The notes below the pieces were generated by a model that worked only from the letters and a program-made list of their open reading frames with translations, made no database searches and had not been told where the DNA came from. This document shows positions 25,881 to 39,300 of a DNA stretch of 64,000 nucleotides, piece by piece. Origin of the DNA: Paragordius varius (Eukaryota > Animalia > Nematomorpha). Where the stretch lies: the NCBI GenBank assembly GCA_964247055.1, contig OZ176052.1, forward strand, positions 12,896,001-12,960,000, given 5' to 3'. A program made the translations under genes and the position numbers. Each line of letters begins with the position of its first letter. Positions within the stretch are counted from its first letter, which is position 1.

Positions 25881-28800
25881 TCACCGGTGAACAAAACTAT
25901 TTTTTATACATTCTCATAGTAAGACTACATCAAAATATAGAGATAGTTTGACAAACTCTTTCATATCCGATTTTTACAACGATACTTTAAAAATTAATGT
26001 ATTAAACTAGTCGCATCAATACTCAAGCTAAACATTGTCCTTAAAAATCGGATATTGGTCACCGGTGAACAAAACTATTTTTTATACATTCTCTTAGAAA
26101 GACTACATCAAAATATAGAGATAGTTTGACCTCTTTCATATCCGATTTTTAGAACGATACTTCAAAAATTAATGTATAAAACTAGTCGCATCAATACTCA
26201 AGTAAAACTTTGTCCTAAAAAATCGGATATTGGTCACCGGTGAACAAAACTATTTTTTATACATTCTCATAGTAAGACTACATCAAAATATAGAGATAGT
26301 TTGACAAACTCTTTCATATCCGATTTTTACAACGATACTTTAAAAATTAATGTATAAAACTAGTCGCATCAATACTCAAGTTAAACTTTGTCCTTAAAAA
26401 TCGGATATTGGTCACCGGTGAACAAAATTATTTTTTATACATTCTCTTAGTAAGACTACATCAAAATATAAAAATAGTTTGACAAACTTTCATATCCGAT
26501 TTTTACAACGATACTTTAAAAATTAATGTATTAAACTAGTCGCATCAATACTCAAGTTAAACTTTGTCCTTAAAAATCGGATATTGGTCACCGGTGAACA
26601 AAATTATTTTTTATACATTCTCTTAGCAAGACTACATCAAAATATAGAGATAGTTTGACAAACTCTTTCATATCCGATTTTTACAACGATACTTTAAAAA
26701 TTAATGTATAAAACTAGTCGCATCAATACTCAAGTTAAACTTTGTCCTTAAAAATCGAATATTGGTCACCGGTGATCTAAATTATTTTTTATACATTCTC
26801 TTAGTAAGACTACATCAAAATATAGAAATAGTTTGACAAACTCTTTCATATCCGATTTTTACAACGATACTTTAAAAATTAATGTAAACTAGTCGCATCA
26901 ATACTCAAGCTAAACATTGTCCTTAAAAATCGGATATTGGTCACCGGGGAACCTATTTTTTATACATTCTCTTAGTAAGACTACATCAAAATATAGAGAT
27001 AGTTTGACCTCTTTCATATCCGATTTTTAGAACGATACTTCAAAAATTAATGTATAAAACTAGTCACATCAATACTCAAGTAAAACTTTGTCCTAAAAAA
27101 TCGGATATTGGTCACCGGTGAACAAAATTATTTTTTATACATTCTCTTAGTAGGACTACATCAAAATATAGAGATAGTTTGGCAAACTGTTTCATATCCG
27201 ATTTTTACAACGATACTTTAAAAATTAATGTATAAAACTAGTCGCATCAATACTCAAGTTAAATTTTGTCCTTAAAAATGGGATATTGGTCACCGGTGAA
27301 CAAAACTATTTTTTATACATTCTCATAGTAAGACTACATCAAAAAAGAGATAGTTTGACAAACTATTTCATATCCGATTTTTACAACGATACTTTAGAAA
27401 TTAATGTATAAAACTAGTCGCATCAATACTCAAACTTTGTCCTTAAAAATCGAATATTGGTCACCGGTGAACAAAATTATTTTTTATACATTCTCTTAGT
27501 AAGACTACATCAAAATATAGAGATAGTTTGACAAACTCTTTCATATCCGATTTTTACAACGATACTTTAAAAATTAATGTGTTAAACTAGTCGCATCAAT
27601 ACTCAAGTTAAACTTTGTCCTTAAAAATCGAATATTGGTCACCGGTGATCTAAATTATTTTTTATACATTCTCTTAGTAAGACTACATCAAAATATAGAA
27701 ATAGTTTGACAAACTCTTTCATATCCGATTTTTACAACGATACTTTAAAAATTAATGTATTAAACTAGTCGCATCAATACTCAAGCTAAACATTGTCCTT
27801 AAAAATCGGATATTGGTCACCGGTGAACAAAACTATTTTTTATACATTCTCTTAGTAAGACTACATCAAAATATAGAGATAGTTTGACCTCTTTCATATC
27901 CGATTTTTAGAACGATACTTCAAAAATTAATGTATTAAACTAGTCGCATCAATACTCAAGCTAAACTTTGTCCTTAAAAATCGGATATTGGTCACCGGTC
28001 AACAAAATTAATTTTTATACATTCTCTTAGTAAGACTACATCCAAATATAAAGATAGTTTGACAAACTCTTTCATATTCGATTTTTACAACAATACTTTA
28101 AAAATTAATGTGTTAAACTAGTCGCAACAATACTCAAGCTAAACATTGTCCTTAACAATCGGATATTGGTCACCGGTGAACAAAACTATTTTTTATACAT
28201 TCTCTTAGTAAGACTACATCAAAATATAGAGATAGTTTGACAAACTCTTTCATATCCGATTTTTACAACGATACTTTAAAAATTAATGTATTAAACTAGT
28301 CGCATCAATACTCAAGCTAAACATTGTCCTTAAAAATCGGATATTGGTCACCGGTGAACAAAACTATTTTTTATACATTCTCTTAGTAAGACTACATCAA
28401 AATATAGAGATAGTTTGACCTCTTTCATATCCGATTTTTAGAACGATACTTCAAAAATTAATGTATAAAACTAGTCGCATCAATACTCAAGTAAAACTTT
28501 GTCCTAAAAAATCGGATATTGGTCACCGGTGAACAAAACTATTTTTTATACATTCTCATAGTAAGACTACATCAAAATATACAGATAGTTTGACAAACTA
28601 TTTCATATCCGATTTTTACAACGATACTTTAGAAATTAATGTATAAAACTAGTCGCATCAATACTCAAACTTTGTCCTTAAAAATCGAATATTGGTCACC
28701 GGTGAACAAAATTGTTTTTTATACATTCTCTTAGTAAGACTACATCAAAATATAGAGATAGTTTGACAAACTCTTTCATATCCGATTTTTACAACGATAC

Positions 28801-31800
28801 TTTAAAAATTATGGTATTAAACCAGTCGCATCAATACTCAAGTTAAACTTTGACCTAAAAAATCGGATATTGGTCACCGGTGAACAAAATTATTTTTTAT
28901 ACATTCTCTTAGTAAGACTACATCAAAATATAGAAATAGTTTGACAAACTCTTTCATATCCGATTTTTACAACGATACTTTAAAAATTATTAAAACTAGT
29001 CGCATCAATACTCAAGTTAAACTTTGTCCTTAAAAATCGAATATACCGGTGAACAAAATTATTTTTTATACATTCTCTTAGTAGGACTACATCAAAATAT
29101 AGAGATAGTTTGACAAACTCTTTCATATCCAATTTCTACAACGATACTATAAAAATTAATGTATAAAACTAGTCGTATCAATAAATCGCATCAATACTCA
29201 TGTTAAACTTTGTCCTTAAAAATCGGATATTGGTCACCGGTGAACAAAATTATTTTTTATACATTCTCTTACTAGGACTACATCAAAATATAGAGATAGT
29301 TTGGCAAACTCTTTCATATCCGATTTTTTCAACGATACTTTAAAAATTAATGTATAAAAACTAGTCGCATCAATACTCAAGTTAAACTTTGTCCTTAAAA
29401 ATCGGATATTGGTCACCGGTGAACAAAATTATTTTTTATACATTCTCTTAGTAAGACTACATGAAAATATAGAGATAGTTTGACAAATTCATTCATATCC
29501 GATTTTTACAACGATACTTTAAAAATTATTAAAACTAGTCGCATCAATACTCAAGTTAAACTTTGTCCTTAAAAATCGAATATACCGGTGAAAAAAATTA
29601 TTTTTTATACATTCTCTTAGCAAGACTACATCAAAATATAGAGATAGTTTGACAAACTCTTTCATATCCGATTTTTACAACGATACTTTAAAAATTAATG
29701 TATAAAACTAGTCGCATCAATACTCAAGTTAAACTTTGTCCTTAAAAATCGGATATTGGTCACCGGTGAACAAAATTATTTTTTATACATTCTCTTAGTA
29801 AGACTACATCAAAATATAGAAATAGTTTGACAAACTCTTTCATATCCGATTTTTACAACGATACTTTAAAAATTAATGTATTAAACTAGTCGCATCAATA
29901 CTCAAGTTAAACTTTGTCCTTAAAAATCGGATATTGGTCACCGGTGAACAAAATTAATTTTTATACATTCTCTTAGTAAGACTACATCCAAATATAGAGA
30001 TAGTTTGACAAACTCTTTCATATTCGATTTTTACAACGATACTTTAAAAATTAATGTATAAAACTAGTCGCATCAATACTCAAGTCAAATTTTCTCCTTA
30101 AAAATGGGATATTGGTCACCGGTGAACAAAATTATTTTTTATACATTCTCTTAGTAAGACTACATCAAAATATAGAGATAGTTTGACAAACTCTTTCATA
30201 TCCGATTTTTACAACGATACTTTAAAAATTAATGTATTAAACTAATCGCATCAATACTCAAGTTAAACTTTGTCCTTAAAAATCGGATATTGGTCACCTA
30301 TGAACAAAATTATTTTTTATACATTCTCTTAGTAAGACTACATGAAAATATAGAGATAGTTTGCCAAATTCATTCATATCCGATTTTTACAACGATACTT
30401 TAAAAATTATTAAAACTAGTCGCATCAATACTCAAGTTAAACTTTGTCCTTAAAAATCGGATATTGGTCACCGGTGAACAAAATTATTTTTTATACATTC
30501 TCTTACTAGGACTACATCAAAATATAGAGATAGTTTGGCAAACTCTTTCATATCCGATTTTTTCAACGATACTTTAAAAATTAATGTATAAAAACTAGTC
30601 GCATCAATACTCAAGTTAAACTTTGTCCTTAAAAATCGGATATTGGTCACCGGTGAACAAAATTATTTTTTATACATTCTCTTAGTAAGACTACATCAAA
30701 TTATAGAGATAGTTTGACACACTCTTTCATATCCGATTTTTACAACGATACTTTAAAAATTAATGTATTAAACTAATCGCATCAATACTCAAGTTTAACT
30801 TTGTCCTTAAAAATCGGATATTGGTCACCGGTGAACAAAATTATTTTTTATACATTCTCTTAGTAAGACTACAATAAAATATAGAGATAGTTTGCCAAAT
30901 TCATTCATATCCGATTTTTACAACGATACTTTATAAATTATTAAAACTAGTCGCATCAATACTCAAGTTAAACTTTGTCCTTAAAAATCGAATATACCGG
31001 TGAACAAAATTATTTTTTATACATTCTCTTAGTAGGACTACATCAAAATATAGAGATAGTTTGACAAACTCTTTCATATCCGATTTTTACAACGATACTA
31101 TAAAAATTAATGTATAAAACTAGTCGTATCAATAAATCGCATCAATACTCAAGTTAAACTTTGTCCTTAAAAATCGGATATTGGTCACCGGTGAACAAAA
31201 TTATTTTTTATACATTCTCTTACTAGGACTACATCAAAATATAGAGATAGTTTGACAAACTCTTTCATATCCGATTTTTACAACGATACTTTAAAAATTA
31301 ATGTGTTAAACTAGTCGCATCAATACTCAAATTAAACTTTGTCCTTAAAAATCGGATATTGGTCACCGGTGAACAAAATTATTTTTTATATATTCTCTTA
31401 GCAAGACTACATCAAAATATAGAGATAGTTTGACAAACTCTTTCATATCCGATTTTTACAACGATACTTTAAAAATTAATGTATAAACTAGTCGCATCAA
31501 TACTCAAGTTAAACTTTGTACTTAAAAATCGAATATTGGTCACCGGTGAACAAAATTATTTTTTATACATTCTCTTAGTGAGACTACATCAAAATATAGA
31601 GATAGTTTGACAAACTCTTTCATATCCGATTTTTACAACGATACTTTAAAAATTAATGTGTTAAACTAGTCGCATCAATACTCAAATTAAACTTTGTCCT
31701 TAAAAATCGGATATTGGTCACCGGTAAACAAAATTATTTTTTATATATTCTCTTAGCAAGACTACATCAAAATATAGAGATAGTTTGACAAACTCTTTCA

Positions 31801-32289
31801 TATCCGATTTTTACAACGATACTTTAAAAATTAATCTATTAAAATAGTCGCATCAATACTCAAGTTAAACTTTGTCCTTAAAAATCGGATATTTGTCACC
31901 GGTGAACAAAATTATTTTTTATACATTCTCTTAGCAAGACTACATCAAAATATAGAGATAGTTTGACAAACTCTTTCATATCCGATTTTTACAACGATAC
32001 AAATTAATGTGTTAAACTAGTCGCATCAATACTCAAATTAAACTTTGTCCTTAAAAATCGGATATTGGTCACCGGTAAACAAAATTATTTTTTATATATT
32101 CTCTTTGCAAGACTACATCAAAATATAGAGATAGTTTGACAAACTCTTTCATATCCGATTTTTACAACGATACTTTAAAAATTAATGTATTAAAATAGTC
32201 GCATCAATACTCAAGTTAAACTTTGTCCTTAAAAATCGGATATTGGTCACCGGTGAACAAAATTATTTTTTATACATTCTCTTAGCAAG

Positions 32290-35200
32290 ACTACATCAAA
32301 ATATAGAGATAGTTTGACAAACTCTTTCATATCCGATTTTTACAACGATACTTTAAAAATTAATGTATAAAACTAGTCGTATCAATAAATCGCATCAATA
32401 CTCAAGTTAAACTTTGTCCTTAAAAATCGGATATTGGTCACCGGTGAACAAAATTATTTTTTATATATTCTCTTAGCAAGACTACATCAAAATATAGAGA
32501 TAGTTTGACAAACTCATTAATATCCGATTTTACAACGATACTTTAAAAATTAATGTATAAAACTAGTCGCATCAATACTCAAGTTAAACTTTGTCCTTAA
32601 AAATCGAATATTGGTCACCGGTGAACAAAATTATTTTTTATACATTCTCTTAGTGAGACTACATCAAAATATGGAGATAGTTTGACAAACTCTTTCATAT
32701 CCGATTTTTACAACGATACTTTAAAAATTAATGTATTAAACTAGTCGCATCAATACTCAAGTAAAACTTTGTCCTTAAAAATCGGATATTGGTCACCGGT
32801 GAACAAAATAATTTTTTATACATTCTCTTAGTAAGACTACATCAAATAGTAGAGATAGTAGGACAAACTCTTTCATATCCGATTTTTACAACGATACTTT
32901 AAAAATTAATGTATTAAAGTAGTCGTATCAATAAGTTAAACTTTGTCCTTAAAAATCGGATATCGGTCACCGGTGAACAAAATAATTTTTTATACATTCT
33001 CTTAGTAAGACTACATCAAAATATAGAGATAATTTGACAAACTCTTTCATATCCGATTTTTACAACGATACTTTAAAAATTAATGTATAAAACTAGGCGT
33101 ATCAATAAATCGCATCAATACTCAAGTTAAACTTTGTCCTTAAAAATCGGATATTAGTCACCGGTGAACAAAATTATTTTTTATACATTCTCTTAGTAGG
33201 ACTACATCAAAATATAGAGTTAGTTTGGCAAACTGTTTCATATCCGATTTTTACAACGATACTTTAAAAATTAATGTATAAAACTAGTCGCATCAATACT
33301 CAAGTTAAACTTTGTCCTTAAAAATCGGATATTGGTCACCGGTGAACAAAATTATTTTTTATACATTCTCTTAGTAAGACTACATCAAAATATAGAGATA
33401 GTTTGACAAACTCTTTCATATCCAATTTTTACAACGATACTTTAAAAATTATGGTATTAAACCAGTCGCATCAATACTCAAGTTAAACTTTGTCCTTAAA
33501 AATCGGATATTGGTCACCGGTGAACAAAATTATTTTATATACATTCTCTTAGTAAGACTACATCATAAAGAGATAGTTTGACAAACTCTTTCATATCCGA
33601 TTTTTACAACGATACTTTAAAAATTAATGTATAAAACTAGTCGTATCAATACTCAAGTTAAACTTTGTCCTTAAAAATCGGATATTGGTCACCGGTGAAC
33701 AAAATTATTTTATATACATTTTCTTAGTAAGACTACATCAAAATAAAGAGATAGTTTGACAAACTCTTTCATATCCGATTTTTACAACGATACTTTAAAA
33801 ATTAATGTATAAAACTAGTCGCATCAATACTCAAGTTAAACTTTGTCCTTAAAAATCGGATATTGGTCACCGGTGAACAAAATTATTTTTTATACATTCT
33901 CTTAGTAAGACTACATCAAAATATAGTAATAGTGTGACAAACTCTTTCATATCCGATTTTTACAACGATACTTTAAAAATTAATGTATTAAACTAGTCGC
34001 ATCAATACTCAAGTTAAACTTTGTCCTTAAAAATCGGATATTGGTCACCGGTGAACAAAATTATTTTTTATACATTCTCTTAGTAAGACTACATCAAAAT
34101 ATAGAAATAGTTTGACAAACTCTTTCATATCCGATTTTTACAACGATACTATAAAAATTAATGTATAAAACTAGTCGTATCAATAAATCGCATCAATACT
34201 CAAGTTAAACTTTGTCCTTAAAAATCGGATATTGGTCACCGGTGAACAAAATTATTTTTTATACATTCTCTTAGTAAGACTACATCAAAATATAGTAATA
34301 GTTTGACAAACTCTTTCATATCCGATTTTTACAACGATACTTTAAAAATTAATGTATTAAACTAGTCGCATCAATACTCAAGTTAAACTTTGTCCTTAAA
34401 AATCGGATATTGGTCACCGGTGAACAAAATTATTTTTTATACATTCTCTTAGTAAGACTACATCAAAATATAGAGATAGTTTGACAAACTCTTTCATATC
34501 CGATTTTTACAACGATACTTTAAAAATTAATGTATAAAACTAGTCGTATCAATAAATCGCATCAATACTCAAGTTAAACTTTGTCCTTAAAAATCGGATA
34601 TTGGTCACCGGTGAACAAAATTATTTTTTATATATTCTCTTAGCAAGACTACATCAAAATATAGAGATAGTTTGACAAACTCATTAATATCCGATTTTAC
34701 AACGATACTTTAAAAATTAATGTATAAAACTAGTCGCATCAATACTCAAGTTAAACTTTGTCCTTAAAAATCGAATATTGGTCACCGGTGAACAAAATTA
34801 TTTTTTATACATTCTCTTAGTGAGACTACATCAAAATATGGAGATAGTTTGACAAACTCTTTCATATCCGATTTTTACAACGATACTTTAAAAATTAATG
34901 TATTAAACTAGTCGCATCAATACTCAAGTAAAACTTTGTCCTTAAAAATCGGATATTGGTCACCGGTGAACAAAATAATTTTTTATACATTCTCTTAGTA
35001 AGACTACATCAAATAGTAGAGATAGTAGGACAAACTCTTTCATATCCGATTTTTACAACGATACTTTAAAAATTAATGTATTAAAGTAGTCGTATCAATA
35101 AGTTAAACTTTGTCCTTAAAAATCGGATATCGGTCACCGGTGAACAAAATAATTTTTTATACATTCTCTTAGTAAGACTACATCAAAATATAGAGATAAT

Positions 35201-36310
35201 TTGACAAACTCTTTCATATCCGATTTTTACAACGATACTTTAAAAATTAATGTATAAAACTAGGCGTATCAATAAATCGCATCAATACTCAAGTTAAACT
35301 TTGTCCTTAAAAATCGGATATTAGTCACCGGTGAACAAAATTATTTTTTATACATTCTCTTAGTAGGACTACATCAAAATATAGAGTTAGTTTGGCAAAC
35401 TGTTTCATATCCGATTTTTACAACGATACTTTAAAAATTAATGTATAAAACTAGTCGCATCAATACTCAAGTTAAACTTTGTCCTTAAAAATCGGATATT
35501 GGTCACCGGTGAACAAAATTATTTTTTATACATTCTCTTAGTAAGACTACATCAAAATATAGAGATAGTTTGACAAACTCTTTCATATCCAATTTTTACA
35601 ACGATACTTTAAAAATTATGGTATTAAACCAGTCGCATCAATACTCAAGTTAAACTTTGTCCTTAAAAATCGGATATTGGTCACCGGTGAACAAAATTAT
35701 TTTATATACATTCTCTTAGTAAGACTACATCATAAAGAGATAGTTTGACAAACTCTTTCATATCCGATTTTTACAACGATACTTTAAAAATTAATGTATA
35801 AAACTAGTCGTATCAATACTCAAGTTAAACTTTGTCCTTAAAAATCGGATATTGGTCACCGGTGAACAAAATTATTTTATATACATTTTCTTAGTAAGAC
35901 TACATCAAAATAAAGAGATAGTTTGACAAACTCTTTCATATCCGATTTTTACAACGATACTTTAAAAATTAATGTATAAAACTAGTCGCATCAATACTCA
36001 AGTTAAACTTTGTCCTTAAAAATCGGATATTGGTCACCGGTGAACAAAATTATTTTTTATACATTCTCTTAGTAAGACTACATCAAAATATAGTAATAGT
36101 TTGACAAACTCTTTCATATCCGATTTTTACAACGATACTTTAAAAATTAATGTATTAAACTAGTCGCATCAATACTCAAGTTAAACTTTGTCCTTAAAAA
36201 TCGGATATTGGTCACCGGTGAACAAAATTATTTTTTATACATTCTCTTAGTAAGACTACATCAAAATATAGAAATAGTTTGACAAACTCTTTCATATCCG
36301 ATTTTTACAA
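32290..36310 (+). repeat. 12-mer duplication ~32290-34140 / ~34460-36310 (offset 2167)
   Basis: AACTCATTAA 32511/34678, TAGTAGGACAAAC (GGA at 32861/35028), AACTAGGCGT 33091/35258. Confidence 0.92.
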
Positions 36311-39300
36311 CGATACTTTAAAAATTATGGTATTAAACCAGTCGCATCAATACTCAAGTTAAACTTTGTCCTTAAAAATCGGATATTGGTCACCGGTGAA
36401 CAAAATTATTTTATATACATTCTCTTAGTAAGACTACATCATAAAGAGATAGTTTGACAAACTCTTTCATATCCGATTTTTACAACGATACTTTTTAATG
36501 TATAAAACTAGTCGTATCAATACTCAAGTTAAACTTTGTCCTTAAAAATCGGATATTGGTCACCGGTGAACAAAATTATTTTATATACATTTTCTTAGTA
36601 AGACTACATCAAAATAAAGAGATAGTTTGACAAACTCTTTCATATCCGATTTTTACAACGATACTTTAAAAATTAATGTATAAAACTAGTCGCATCAATA
36701 CTCAAGTTAAACTTTGTCCTTAAAAATCGGATATTGGTCACCGGTGAACAAAATTATTTTTTATACATTCTCTTAGTAAGACTACATCAAAATATAGTAA
36801 TAGTTTGACAAACTCTTTCATATCCGATTTTTACAACGATACTTTAAAAATTATGGTATTAAACCAGTCGCATCAATACTCAAGTTAAACTTTGTCCTTA
36901 AAAATCGGATATTGGTCACCGGTGAATAAAATAATTTTTTATACATTTTCTTAGCAAGACTACATTAAAATATAGAGATAGTTTGACAAACTCTTTCATA
37001 TCCGATTTTTACAATGATACTTTAAAAATTAATGTATAAAAGTAGTCGCATCAATACTCAAGTCAAATTTTGTCCTTGAAAATGGGATATTGATCACCGG
37101 TGAACAAAACTATTTTTTATACATTCTCTTAGTAAGACTACATTAAAATATAGAAATAGTTTGACAAACTCTTTCATATCCGATTTTTACAACGATAATT
37201 TAAAAATTAATGTATTAAAATAGTCGCATCAATACTCAAGTTAAACTTTGTAATTAAAAATCGGATATTGGTCACCGGTGAACAAAATTATTTTTTATAC
37301 ATTCTCTTAGTAAGACTACATCAAAATATAGAAATAGTTTGACAAACTCTTTCATATCCGATTTTTACAACGATATATTAAAAATTATGGTATTAAACCA
37401 GTCGCATCAATACTCAAGTTAAACTTTGTCCTTAAAAATCGGATATTGGTCACCGGTGAATAAAATTATTTTATATACATTCTCTTAGTAAGACTACATC
37501 AAAATAAAGAGATAGTTTGACAAACTCTTTCATATCCGATTTTTACAACGATACTTTAAAAATTAATGTATAAAACTAGTCGCATCAAAACTCAAGCTAA
37601 ACATTGTCCTTAAAAATCGGATATTGGTCACCGGTGAACAAAACTATTTTTTATACATTCTCTTAGTAAGACTACATCAAAATATAGAGATAGTTTGACA
37701 AACTCTTTCATATCCGATTTTTACAACGATACTTTAAAAATTAATGTATAAAACTAGTCGCATCAATACTCAAGTTAAACTTTGTCCTTTAAAATCGGAT
37801 ATTGGTCACCGGTGAACAAAATTATTTTTTATACATTCTCTTAGTAAGACTACATCAAAATATAGTAATAGTTTGACAAACTCTTTCATATCCGATTTTT
37901 ACAACGATACTTTAAAAATTATGGTATTAAACCAGTCGCATCAATACTCAAGTTAAACTTTGTCCTTAAAAATCGGATATTGGTCACCGGTGAATAAAAT
38001 AATTTTTTATACATTTTCTTAGCAAGACTACATTAAAATATAGAGATAGTTTGACAAACTCTTTCATATCCGATTTTTACAACGATACTTTAAAAATTAA
38101 TGTATAAAACTAGTCGCATCAAAACTCAAGTTAAACTTTGTCCTTAAAAATCGGATATTGGTCACCGGTGAATAAAATTATTTTATATACATTCTCTTAG
38201 TAAGACTACATCAAAATAAAGAGATAGTTTGACAAACTCTTTCATATCCGATTTTTACAACGATACTTTAAAAATTAATGTATAAAACTAGTCGCATCAA
38301 AACTCAAGCTAAACATTGTCCTTAAAAATCGGATATTGGTCACCGGTGAACAAAATTATTTTTTATACATTCTCTTAGTAAGACTACATTAAAATATAGA
38401 AATAGTTTGACAAACTCTTTCATATCCGATTTTTACAACGATAATTTAGAAATTAATGTATTAAAATAGTCGCATCAATACTCAAGTTAAACTTTGTAAT
38501 TAAAAATCGGATATTGGTCACCGGTGAACAAAATTATTTTTTATACATTCTCTTAGTAAGACTACATCAAAATATAGAAATAGTTTGACAAACTCTTTCA
38601 TATCCGATTTTTACAACGATACTTTAAAAATTATGGTATTAAACCAGTCGCATCAATACTCAAGTTAAACTTTGTCCTTAAAAATCGGATATTGGTCACC
38701 GGTGAATAAAATTATTTTATATACATTCTCTTAGTAAGACTACATCAAAATAAAGAGATAGTTTGACAAACTCTTTCATATCCGATTTTTACAACGATAC
38801 TTTAAAAATTAATGTATAAAACTAGTCGCATCAAAACTCAAGCTAAACATTGTCCTTAAAAATCGGATATTGGTCACCGGTGAACAAAACTATTTTTTAT
38901 ACATTCTCTTAGTAAGACTACATCAAAATATAGAGATAGTTTGACAAACTCTTTCATATCCGATTTTTACAACGATACTTTAAAAATTAATGTATAAAAC
39001 TAGTCGCATCAATACTCAAGTTAAACTTTGTCCTTAAAAATCGGATATTGGTCACCGGTGAACAAAATTATTTTTTATACATTCTCTTAGTAAGACTACA
39101 TCAAAATATAGTAATAGTTTGACAAACTCTTTCATATCCGATTTTTACAACGATACTTTAAAAATTAATGTATTAAACTAGTCGCATCAATACTCAAGTT
39201 AAACTTTGTCCTTAAAAATCGGATATTGGTCACCGGTGAACAAAATTATTTTTTATACATTCTCTTAGTAAGACTACATCAAAATATAGAAATAGTTTGA

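Noticed and set aside
11746-30650. Ten 60-aa minus-strand ORFs (MTNIRFLRTKFNLSIDATSF...)
   Set aside because: Each spans exactly one 179-bp variant monomer from the GTG in one palindrome to the TGA in the next. A +1 A and a TAA>AAA change create it by chance. The start is GTG, no domain is recognisable, and there is no unique flanking sequence. Useful only as a monomer marker.
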